Below the pieces are notes generated by a model. It was not told the DNA's origin, searched no databases, and saw only the letters and a list, made by a program, of their open reading frames with translations. The translations under genes were made by a program, and so were the position numbers. Below, in pieces: positions 53,056 to 60,584 of a DNA stretch of 64,000 nucleotides. Every line of letters begins with the position of its first letter. Position 1 is the stretch's first letter. The stretch is taken from IMG/VR virus record IMGVR_UViG_3300027985_000918, positions 310,001-374,000 of that record. One strand, 5' to 3'.

Positions 53056-54141
53056 TCAGCTCCAGACCGAGAACTGGTACTTGTACTTGATGCCGCCCTG
53101 GTCCATCTTCGCCTGGAGCTGCTTCCCCGTCATGCGCTTGATGTCGTCCTGGTTGGCCTTGGCCCACAGGAACATCTTGCGGGCGCCCGCAGGACTGGTA
53201 CTCACCAACTTGGTGTAGTGGGGGTCTCCACCGAAGGCGTACTCATCAAGCTGCTTGTCGGTGTAGCCATTGTTGAGGGTGACGTCGAACGAGGTCCACT
53301 CAGCCTTGATATAGAACTCATCCTTCGCCTTGATCTCGACGGGGGCATAGTCCACCGGCTCAACCTGGAGGTAGTTGACATCCTCTTCTTTAGGCATCCA
53401 ACGACCCGTGAGGGACTGGGAAACCCAATCGGGGTACTCCAAACCCTCTTTATCCAGATCCTTGAACGCCTTCTCGATGGCCTTCTTGAGGCCAGCAGCA
53501 GAGGCTTCGGCGGTCTGGGAGGCGTTGGGCTTCCAGTCCCGCTCCAGGTTCTCGATCATGAAGTAGTCGTAGATCTTCCCCAACGGTCCCGTCCCGTTGA
53601 GACTCTGGATCTGACCACCAATGCCAAACGTGAACCGCTTGAGGCTCCGCTTACCCTTCTGGGGCAGTTCCTCGATGACGACGTAGTGCCGGGGGTGCCC
53701 GGAGATACGGATACGGGTCTTGTCGCCGACGAGAATCTTGTCCCACTTCTCACGGGCGATTCGAGCAGCGGCCCACCGCCCCATGAAGTCCTCATCGGCC
53801 CTGGCTCCCTCAAACTCCCGCCATGCCTGCTCGGCAGCCTTGCCGGTCAGAATGCTCTTGGTCTGGGGGTAGTAGAGGACCCGGTCACCCGCCCGGAAAG
53901 GGATTCCCTTCTCATCCACGCCGGGGCGCCGGGCGTTGATCCAGCGGGGGTCTCCCCCCTGACCACGGCTCCGGCCGGACCAGCCGGCCGACTTATCGTC
54001 GTTGCCCTCAACATACCCGAGCCCCGGGTCCTCCGCTGACTCCACGTTGAGGTGGGCGTGCTTCCGAAGGAGAGGAACCAGGTGCTTGCGGATGGACGGC
54101 ACGTCCACTGCCAACTTGCTCAGCTTGCTGTAGAGATTCAT
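53056..54141 (-). CDS. Hypothetical multi-segment protein with N-terminal KLA-P tag
   Basis: MNLYSKLSKLAVDVPSIRKHLVPLLRKHA; internal KSA, RWA and RIA sites. Confidence 0.72.
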   Translation of the reverse strand: MNLYSKLSKLAVDVPSIRKHLVPLLRKHAHLNVESAEDPGLGYVEGNDDKSAGWSGRSRGQGGDPRWINARRPGVDEKGIPFRAGDRVLYYPQTKSILTGKAAEQAWREFEGARADEDFMGRWAAARIAREKWDKILVGDKTRIRISGHPRHYVVIEELPQKGKRSLKRFTFGIGGQIQSLNGTGPLGKIYDYFMIENLERDWKPNASQTAEASAAGLKKAIEKAFKDLDKEGLEYPDWVSQSLTGRWMPKEEDVNYLQVEPVDYAPVEIKAKDEFYIKAEWTSFDVTLNNGYTDKQLDEYAFGGDPHYTKLVSTSPAGARKMFLWAKANQDDIKRMTGKQLQAKMDQGGIKYKYQFSVWS

Positions 54142-54172
54142 GTTGTTACCTGCCTGGAACTACTGGGTTAGG

Positions 54173-54481
54173 TTACCAAACCCCTGTTGTCTCAAAACCC
54201 CGCCTCTCGAACCAGCTCTGAAGAGACAGCATAGCTTCCCGATTCGAGGACCACAGAGTCACACAGTCGAAACTCTCTCGGATGCCGAGGTCTGGGATGG
54301 TAGGCACCCCCGCCATCGCCACCTTGCCATCTCTCTGGGATCGGAGCAGCCCGGGGATGTAGCGGTAATCCTTCGCCCCGTACAAGACCGAGAATCGAAA
54401 CTCAGCGGTGGCGATGCGGCTGACCCACCTCCGGGCCACTCGCCTTGCCATGACGATCCTCTTCTCGTTATCCTGGGACAT
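54173..54481 (-). CDS. Hypothetical protein, first gene of the late operon
   Basis: RRVARRWVSRIA leader; AGGAG RBS. Confidence 0.7.
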   Translation of the reverse strand: MSQDNEKRIVMARRVARRWVSRIATAEFRFSVLYGAKDYRYIPGLLRSQRDGKVAMAGVPTIPDLGIRESFDCVTLWSSNREAMLSLQSWFERRGFETTGVW

Positions 54482-54512
54482 GCTGCTCCTACGGTAAAAC
54501 CGGGGCTTTGCT

Positions 54513-54542
54513 CTACCGATAGCCTCACATAGGCGATCTACC
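54513..54542 (-). promoter_or_regulatory. Putative class-I (late) promoter heading the morphogenesis operon
   Basis: GGT-AGATCGCC-TAT-N12-GTAG. Confidence 0.65.
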
Positions 54543-54553
54543 GGGGAGCCGCT

Positions 54554-55180
54554 TCAGTCCAGAATAAGCGGAAGGGGAAACAGCCGCTCGCCGGATCGGC
54601 GGACTTCTCGGAGGATGTTCAGGTTGGCGGCGATGAACTCAAACAACCGGATGTACAGGTCGTAAGTGTCGGTCTTGGGACCACCCAGCTTGACGGCCTC
54701 CTGAAGGTGCTTGATGGTCCGCAGGAACCGATGTCGGACCAAACCCTGGGTAACCCCAAGCTGTTTGGCGACTTCCGACTGGCAGGTGGTCTTCCACATG
54801 CCAAGCATAATCTGGACATCCAGATCATTGCCCAGGAACCCCTGGAGATCTGCCAGAAGGGTTTCCTCTTCGACACGGGGGAGCTGGAATAGAAACTGGA
54901 TGCGGGCGGTCGCCCTCTGGAGACGATAGTGAACTGTGGGCTGGGAGCACTCAAACAGCCCGGCGATCTCCGTTTGCTTGAGCTTTTTGAAGAAGTACAG
55001 ATCCACGAAGTCTGCTTCCAATGGAGGCAGGAACTCCATGTACTCCTTGACCACCTCAATCTGAGCCAGATCCTCGTCGGAGGGTTCGGTGAAGATGGAG
55101 TCCAGGAACCCCATCCCATCTTCGATAGAGAACCTGGTCTCGATGTCGCTAGGATCGATCATGTGTCCTGTCCAAGCCAT
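54554..55180 (-). CDS. Transcription regulator with two sigma70 region-4-like HTH domains
   Basis: LKQTEIAGLFECSQPTVHYRLQRA and CQSEVAKQLGVTQGLVRHRFLR; no region 2 visible. Confidence 0.75.
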   Translation of the reverse strand: MAWTGHMIDPSDIETRFSIEDGMGFLDSIFTEPSDEDLAQIEVVKEYMEFLPPLEADFVDLYFFKKLKQTEIAGLFECSQPTVHYRLQRATARIQFLFQLPRVEEETLLADLQGFLGNDLDVQIMLGMWKTTCQSEVAKQLGVTQGLVRHRFLRTIKHLQEAVKLGGPKTDTYDLYIRLFEFIAANLNILREVRRSGERLFPLPLILD

Positions 55181-55275
55181 GCGTGCTCCCCGGCTAAACC
55201 CCCAAGAAGGGCTTTCTGCACAGCTCAAACAGACCAACCGACCTTCCAACCATACCCGACAACCGGGCACTGGCC

Positions 55276-55821
55276 CTATGCCGGGGCGGGCTCCAGTTGC
55301 TCCAGGAAGATTCGAGGGATGGAGGCAATACGTCGCCAGGACCTCAGCTCAAACTCAATGTACGCATTGTCTCCGTCGAGACCGATGACTTTCCCACTCA
55401 TACTGCGGAACTTCCCCTCCATGACCGTCACCACCGAACCGATCTCCACCTCTGCGGCGATCATCTGTTGGAGCTGACGTCGTAGGGATTCGATTTCCGA
55501 ATCGGGGAGGACGGAGAGGGTTCTCATACGGTGAGGGCCGGATGTGGTAGACATCACGGAGGAGACATAGGGACGTCTCTCCAGGGCAAAGTACGTGGCC
55601 TCAGGGAGCCCCGAGGCCACGAACACATAGCCCTCCATCAAGTGGATGGTGATGACCTTGGACTGCTTCCGGTAGATAGCCGTGGGGATGAAGATGGGGA
55701 AGTCCGCATCGACGCCGAGGTCCATCCTCAAACAGGTACTGAGGATTCCTTCCTCAACCTTCTGCTCACCAAGCCGACTCAGCTCAATGGCGATCCAAGT
55801 TGTCCCATCCCGTGTGTCCAC
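55276..55821 (-). CDS. nusG: NusG/RfaH-family transcription elongation or antitermination factor
   Basis: NGN domain (IFIP...LMEGYVFV) plus KOW EIGSVVTVMEGKFRSMSGKV. Confidence 0.85.
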   Translation of the reverse strand: MDTRDGTTWIAIELSRLGEQKVEEGILSTCLRMDLGVDADFPIFIPTAIYRKQSKVITIHLMEGYVFVASGLPEATYFALERRPYVSSVMSTTSGPHRMRTLSVLPDSEIESLRRQLQQMIAAEVEIGSVVTVMEGKFRSMSGKVIGLDGDNAYIEFELRSWRRIASIPRIFLEQLEPAPA

Positions 55822-57256
55822 CTGCGGCTACCCCGTCAAGTTCGACGATTCGCAGTGCAAGAAGCCGGGCGAACAGCATTGCATCAAAGGACGAAAGTTT
55901 CCCCGATGGCGAAGTTTGGCCTTGGGTTCCCTTGCTCTTCTTTGCGACAGCACGGTAGTCTACGTGAACTCCGTTCCCGGTCAACTCCGAAAGTTTACCG
56001 GGCCGTTCAGAACTTTTAGCAGATTTGTGGTGAGTTTGGGAAGTTTCTTCTTCCCGCACAGGAGCCGGGGCTTGGGCTGAAGGCTGCGGAACCCCAGTAA
56101 TCATGGCCTGGGGGATTCCCACGGGAACCTGCTGGACGATCACCGTAGGAACCCCAGAACCAACCACCCCGTGATGCAATGAAGCCAGATCGCACTTGAG
56201 CATCGCCCCCGAAGGTCTCCCGGGTCGGGAAGCCAGTCGGCTGGCATACCCCATGAGGACCTCGCCCCTCTTCGCCACCTCAGCGATCTTCTCAGGCTTC
56301 CAGTACACCACCGGACGGGGACCTCCCAGGTACACCTGATAGGCCAGCATGCTGGCCTCGGCCAGACGCTGGTAGATGGTGGAAGGGCTGACCCTCTCCA
56401 GCAGAAGGTCTACCGCTTGGTAGGCCATCGAGAGCCCCCAGTTGGGAGAGGGTTCCCCCTGGGGGTTCACCTTGATCCCCAGAGAGTTGATGACCGTCAG
56501 ATACAACCCAATCTGGTCCAAGCGGAGGTACTGGCTGACGTTATCCTCGTTGATGACCCCCAGCATCGAGACCCCCTCGACAGCCTTGAGGGCATCTCGG
56601 ATGTGGCACTCGGTGACAGTGGCGATAGTCGTGAGGGCGTCAAAATCTGCCTCGATCCCCTCCTGCTCGCAGATCTCCTGGAGACGCCTGGAGATCACAT
56701 CGGGGGTCAGAGCCTCTATGACAAAGGCCGGGGCGCACCGGGACAGCACCGTGTCCCGCATCTTCTCCGGCTCAGTGGTGCAGAAGATGCAAACAAGCTG
56801 TTTGTCGTCGCTCCCCGAGACCTTGTCCTCCAACGGCTTCAGGAGGGCATCCAGAGCCTCCTTGCTGAGCTGGTGGGCCTCATCAAACAGGTACACCCTT
56901 CTCTTGCCCGAGAAAGTATCGTACTTGATCTCTTCCTTCAGCCGGTTGATGTCGTCCTTGCCGCTGTTCGTAGCGGCGTCGACCTCGGAGAAGCAGTCCG
57001 AAGAGCCATTATCCAGGATGGACCGGCAGGAGGGGCACTCGTTGCAGGGCCCCCCTTCCTGAGGGTTGTCACACAGCAGAGCCCGAGCCAGGATACGCCC
57101 CAAGGTGGTCTTCCCGGAGCCGAAACCCCCAGCAAAAAGGTACGACTGCTGGAACCCCCTACCAGACGCCACGAAGCGGCGGAGGATGGTCTTGGTCGCC
57201 TCTTGACCCAGAACTTCGTCATAGGATGTGGGGCGGTATTTGAGGTCGAGGCTCAC
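55784..57256 (-). CDS. dnaX: DNA polymerase III gamma/tau clamp-loader subunit
   Basis: KYRP, GQE, GSGKTT, C..PCNECPSC, EVDAA, DEAH, LLKPLE, CTTE, SRC. Confidence 0.95.
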   Translation of the reverse strand: MSLDLKYRPTSYDEVLGQEATKTILRRFVASGRGFQQSYLFAGGFGSGKTTLGRILARALLCDNPQEGGPCNECPSCRSILDNGSSDCFSEVDAATNSGKDDINRLKEEIKYDTFSGKRRVYLFDEAHQLSKEALDALLKPLEDKVSGSDDKQLVCIFCTTEPEKMRDTVLSRCAPAFVIEALTPDVISRRLQEICEQEGIEADFDALTTIATVTECHIRDALKAVEGVSMLGVINEDNVSQYLRLDQIGLYLTVINSLGIKVNPQGEPSPNWGLSMAYQAVDLLLERVSPSTIYQRLAEASMLAYQVYLGGPRPVVYWKPEKIAEVAKRGEVLMGYASRLASRPGRPSGAMLKCDLASLHHGVVGSGVPTVIVQQVPVGIPQAMITGVPQPSAQAPAPVREEETSQTHHKSAKSSERPGKLSELTGNGVHVDYRAVAKKSKGTQGQTSPSGKLSSFDAMLFARLLALRIVELDGVAAGGHTGWDNLDRH

Positions 57257-57263
57257 GGTGCTC

Positions 57264-57542
57264 CTACCTGCGGATCTCCCAGAGGATCAAGGTACCGTCG
57301 TCTTCCCGAGCAGCCAGGAAAGGGCCGTTCTCCCGGAAGAACACCTTCAAGGTCTCCGGAGTCCACTCCTTCAGGGTTGCCAACCTCTTGTGGCTCTGGT
57401 CGACCTTGCCAGGTCCCTCAGACAGATAGGGGACCGGAGCACAATCCTCCCCGTTGCTGTAGGCATACGGCAAATCCCGGGTCAGGGACTTACGGATCTG
57501 CTCTTCCGAGTTCAGATGGTGGATGACTTCCAAAGGCCACAT
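57264..57542 (-). CDS. Hypothetical protein
   Basis: Fills the operon gap between tightly packed genes. Confidence 0.55.
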   Translation of the reverse strand: MWPLEVIHHLNSEEQIRKSLTRDLPYAYSNGEDCAPVPYLSEGPGKVDQSHKRLATLKEWTPETLKVFFRENGPFLAAREDDGTLILWEIRR

Positions 57543-57545
57543 GGC

Positions 57546-58028
57546 TCAGTCCCCTTCGGGATCGTCGTCCCCGAACAGCTCCGTGATGATGTCATCATCG
57601 GGCTTGGCCCCGGAGGTACGCCAGAACCCGTGGCGCTCGACCTCGTCCTTGTAGAAGGCCACGTCGGGAGGTTGAACAAAGAACCTGCACTCACCGCCGG
57701 GCTCCTTCTCCACAGCCCGGCACCCGCAGAGATGATGATCCAGGAGGGCGATCTGCTGCTCTGTGCTGTACTCCTGCCACACGTCGTGACCGAGGGTGAT
57801 GATGAACTTGTAGTCCACCTCTCCCAGAATGCCGAACAGCTTGTTGGCCTTGGAAGTCTTGCCGCTGATCACGGCATCTCCGCTCTTGCTGGCCTTCTCC
57901 TTGAAGATCACGGCGATCTCATCCACGCACACAATCAGGTCAGGGTGGTAGTTTGCCACCAGGTCCTTCAGGGTCTGGTAGACCTCAGGCGGGGCATTCC
58001 AGGTGGTCTGGGTGTTCTCTTCGGACAT
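57546..58028 (-). CDS. Putative phage metallopeptidase-like protein (degenerate HExxH)
   Basis: YHPDL...FIITL...W...ALLDHHLCGC...PDV...VERHG. Confidence 0.65.
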   Translation of the reverse strand: MSEENTQTTWNAPPEVYQTLKDLVANYHPDLIVCVDEIAVIFKEKASKSGDAVISGKTSKANKLFGILGEVDYKFIITLGHDVWQEYSTEQQIALLDHHLCGCRAVEKEPGGECRFFVQPPDVAFYKDEVERHGFWRTSGAKPDDDIITELFGDDDPEGD

Positions 58029-58042
58029 AGCAATCCCTCTCG

Positions 58043-58822
58043 TCAGTAGGTGATCTCGAAGGCTCTCCTGAGCCCTTCCGGTCCTTGTCGGTCCCACAAC
58101 TCCCCCGGGTCTTTCACCCCGTGGTATGGGACCTGGCGGTTATCAATACCCGCATATGTCAGTTTTCGGAGCGCCCCCCAGCGCTCCTTCCCCGTCTTCT
58201 CGTCCAGGTACCCAAACGTACCCTTCTTCCCATCCTCATCATTGTCGTAGACAACGTGGACGGTAGCCCCCACCCCCATCTGGGTGAGGCGTGCCCCCTG
58301 ACGAGACTTCGTGACAGCGCAGAACCTCTTGAGGAACGCCAGATGGCGGGGGCCCAGGAAGCTCCTTCCGGTCGCCAGGGACACGTCCGAAGAGGGGATG
58401 GCCCACTCCAGAGGGGACGAATCGAAGAACCCCTTGGAGACCCAGACGTCCCCACCGGCCCAGATCTTCTCCATCACCGATGGCCGCATCCCCAACCAGA
58501 TGGGGTTCCAGGCGGCCTCGGGCAAATAGAACTGGCTGGACTTGTACTCCTTGCTCGGGTTGGGGTTCCGGGCCTCGAACCCAATCAAATGACCCCGGGG
58601 GCTATAGAGGGGGATGACGGCCCAGCCGTCAATCCACTCGCCTCGGCCCTCAGGGCCATAGCGGTGCTTCCACGCTGGATCGTCGTGGGGAGTCTTGAGG
58701 GGGCTCCAGGTTTTGATGCCCAGCTCTGCGATGGTGGTTTCCCGAGCCCCCCGCCCAAGGAGATAGCCCTCGATGTCCTCGGACAGCTCTAGCCTACTTA
58801 GGGCGGTCTCCAGAAACGACAC
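58043..58822 (-). CDS. DnaG-like Toprim primase (no Zn-binding domain)
   Basis: YLLGRG, IPL...GFEAR, VSKGFFD, YDNDEDG, KDPGE; GTG start with GGAGG RBS. Confidence 0.78.
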   Translation of the reverse strand: MSFLETALSRLELSEDIEGYLLGRGARETTIAELGIKTWSPLKTPHDDPAWKHRYGPEGRGEWIDGWAVIPLYSPRGHLIGFEARNPNPSKEYKSSQFYLPEAAWNPIWLGMRPSVMEKIWAGGDVWVSKGFFDSSPLEWAIPSSDVSLATGRSFLGPRHLAFLKRFCAVTKSRQGARLTQMGVGATVHVVYDNDEDGKKGTFGYLDEKTGKERWGALRKLTYAGIDNRQVPYHGVKDPGELWDRQGPEGLRRAFEITY

Positions 58823-59360
58823 TTGGTCCTCCCGTGGCGATGGCAATTCCTCGGGCGGGGTTGTGGACCACCGCCACCAGGTCCCCTCGGGATACCCTTC
58901 CCCAGCCTCCGACGAACTCCCTATCCCGGGGAACAACCACTACGGTCCCCTGGGGGACCCAAGGGGCCTTGGAGACGGGGGTACCATCACTGAGAGTGAT
59001 GTCCAGCTCCATGGACGTGATCGCTTCAACCTCCCCCAGCTCATACAGGCGGACGTGCTGAAGAGCAGCCTTGATGCCCTCACTGGACAAGGGGTGGATG
59101 TTCCCCCAGTCGTACTCCCTACCCGCCCCCACAACAGCCAGCACCACCTCATGGAAAAGCTGATCTGCCGATGTGTCCAGGCGGAAGGCGGCATTCACCG
59201 TGTTGTCCTGGGAGCACTGAGGAATCCAAACCAGGCTCCGGCTGGCGGTTACCAGGTAGGGTCCAGTCTCCGGGTTGACATGAAAAGTCAAGATCCCCAC
59301 CCGCCCCTCAGGCGGGAGGTCCTTCTTGGCGAATCGAATGCGGTGTAGAAGGTTGCTCAT
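58794..59360 (-). CDS. Hypothetical protein with capsid-like C-terminus
   Basis: WVPQGTVVVV...EFVG...HNPARGIAI resembles the MCP LVPVGTVYL...EHFG...YNPRGLAR. Confidence 0.6.
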   Translation of the reverse strand: MSNLLHRIRFAKKDLPPEGRVGILTFHVNPETGPYLVTASRSLVWIPQCSQDNTVNAAFRLDTSADQLFHEVVLAVVGAGREYDWGNIHPLSSEGIKAALQHVRLYELGEVEAITSMELDITLSDGTPVSKAPWVPQGTVVVVPRDREFVGGWGRVSRGDLVAVVHNPARGIAIATGGPSVVSGDRPK

Positions 59361-59911
59361 CGAAACCAGTTCCATGGCCAGGCGGGGTGATCCCAGGAAG
59401 ACCTCACAATCGGGTCTGCTGGAGGTTCCCCTTCCTCGTCATCCTCATCCCCAGTGCTGCTCTTAGAACCCCCTTCAGAGGGGGTCTCCGACTCCATTGG
59501 AGGAGGCTCAGGGAGGTCATCCCCCAGAACCCACATCAATGCCGAAGCCACTGGGAACTCGGGGTGTTTTTCTCCCCTCCGAGACCCGATCACCAGATCT
59601 CGGTAGTCCTCTGCGAACTGAGCCCTGATCTCGTCCTTGGTCTGGCGGGAAATCCAGAAAGGGCATTCCCTTGCCAAATCGACACCCCCGTGCATCTCGT
59701 CACAAATCCACCCACCTCGGTCATGGTGAATACACACCGCTGGCGACGCTGCGGGCCTGCTCCGTCCCGGGTCGTCGGGCTCGATGTGGTAGGGCTTCCG
59801 GTTGAAACCACAGGTATCCGGCTTCTGCTTGAAGTTGTCCTTCATCCGCCGCTGGAGCTTACGGTAGAGGACCTGCTTGAGCTTCTGACGGATCTGTCCT
59901 TCGGTCTTCAT
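59357..59911 (-). CDS. Hypothetical Cys-containing protein
   Basis: Start MKTEGQ with GGAGG RBS; four spaced Cys. Confidence 0.65.
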   Translation of the reverse strand: MKTEGQIRQKLKQVLYRKLQRRMKDNFKQKPDTCGFNRKPYHIEPDDPGRSRPAASPAVCIHHDRGGWICDEMHGGVDLARECPFWISRQTKDEIRAQFAEDYRDLVIGSRRGEKHPEFPVASALMWVLGDDLPEPPPMESETPSEGGSKSSTGDEDDEEGEPPADPIVRSSWDHPAWPWNWFR

Positions 59912-59942
59912 AGGTGTCCTCCCCGGCTCTCGGGCCGTCTTG

Positions 59943-60584
59943 TCACCGTACCCGCTGGAAAGTGGCTTCTCCACCCTTCTTGACGATCCGATAGGAGCGG
60001 TCCGCCGCCTCGAACAGTGCCGGGTTGTGGGTCACCATGAGGATGTCGATGTCGAGCCTCTTGCACAGCTCAGACAGGAAAGACCCCATGTTGGAGATGT
60101 AGTTGGAGTCAAACGCAGGGAGTGCTTCGTCCAGCAGGATGAACCGCCGAAGATCCCGCCGCATCATCACGATGATGCGTAGGAGAATGCTCTGGACGGT
60201 AAGCACGGATCCCCCAAAGGCATCCGTGGGGAGCCCTTCAATGGTGGTCCCGTCGGGGAGCTTCTGGACAGTCAGAAGGTCCACCGACACCTTCCCCCGC
60301 TGGATGTCGATGCTGGCTTTGACGGAAAGATCCTGGTCATCGAACACGGCCTGGAGGCCTTCGGTCTGAAGATCTTCGACAGCCTTGACCCCCGCCTCCA
60401 CCTCCTTGTCGATGAGGGTGCGGAGAAGGGAGCTGGTCATCTCCAGCAGCTCTTCCTCATCCTCCAGAGCACGGATCTTGCCCTGGAGCAACTGGAGGGC
60501 TCGCCGCAGGCCGTCCCTCAGTCCCTTGGCCTCAGAGGCTTGGGACTGAAGACGACTCAAATCTGGGAGAGGTTGCAACATCAC
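59943..60584 (-). CDS. SbcC/Rad50-like ABC ATPase, C-terminal half only
   Basis: Coiled coil, signature-like FGGS, Walker B ILLDEA, H-loop VTHN; no Walker A. Confidence 0.82.
   Translation of the reverse strand: MMLQPLPDLSRLQSQASEAKGLRDGLRRALQLLQGKIRALEDEEELLEMTSSLLRTLIDKEVEAGVKAVEDLQTEGLQAVFDDQDLSVKASIDIQRGKVSVDLLTVQKLPDGTTIEGLPTDAFGGSVLTVQSILLRIIVMMRRDLRRFILLDEALPAFDSNYISNMGSFLSELCKRLDIDILMVTHNPALFEAADRSYRIVKKGGEATFQRVR

Noticed and set aside
54145-54178. GGTAAC upstream of 53056..54141 as a class-II promoter
   Set aside because: It is formed by the Trp-stop codons of the upstream gene, and there is no GTAR at 16-17 bp spacing.
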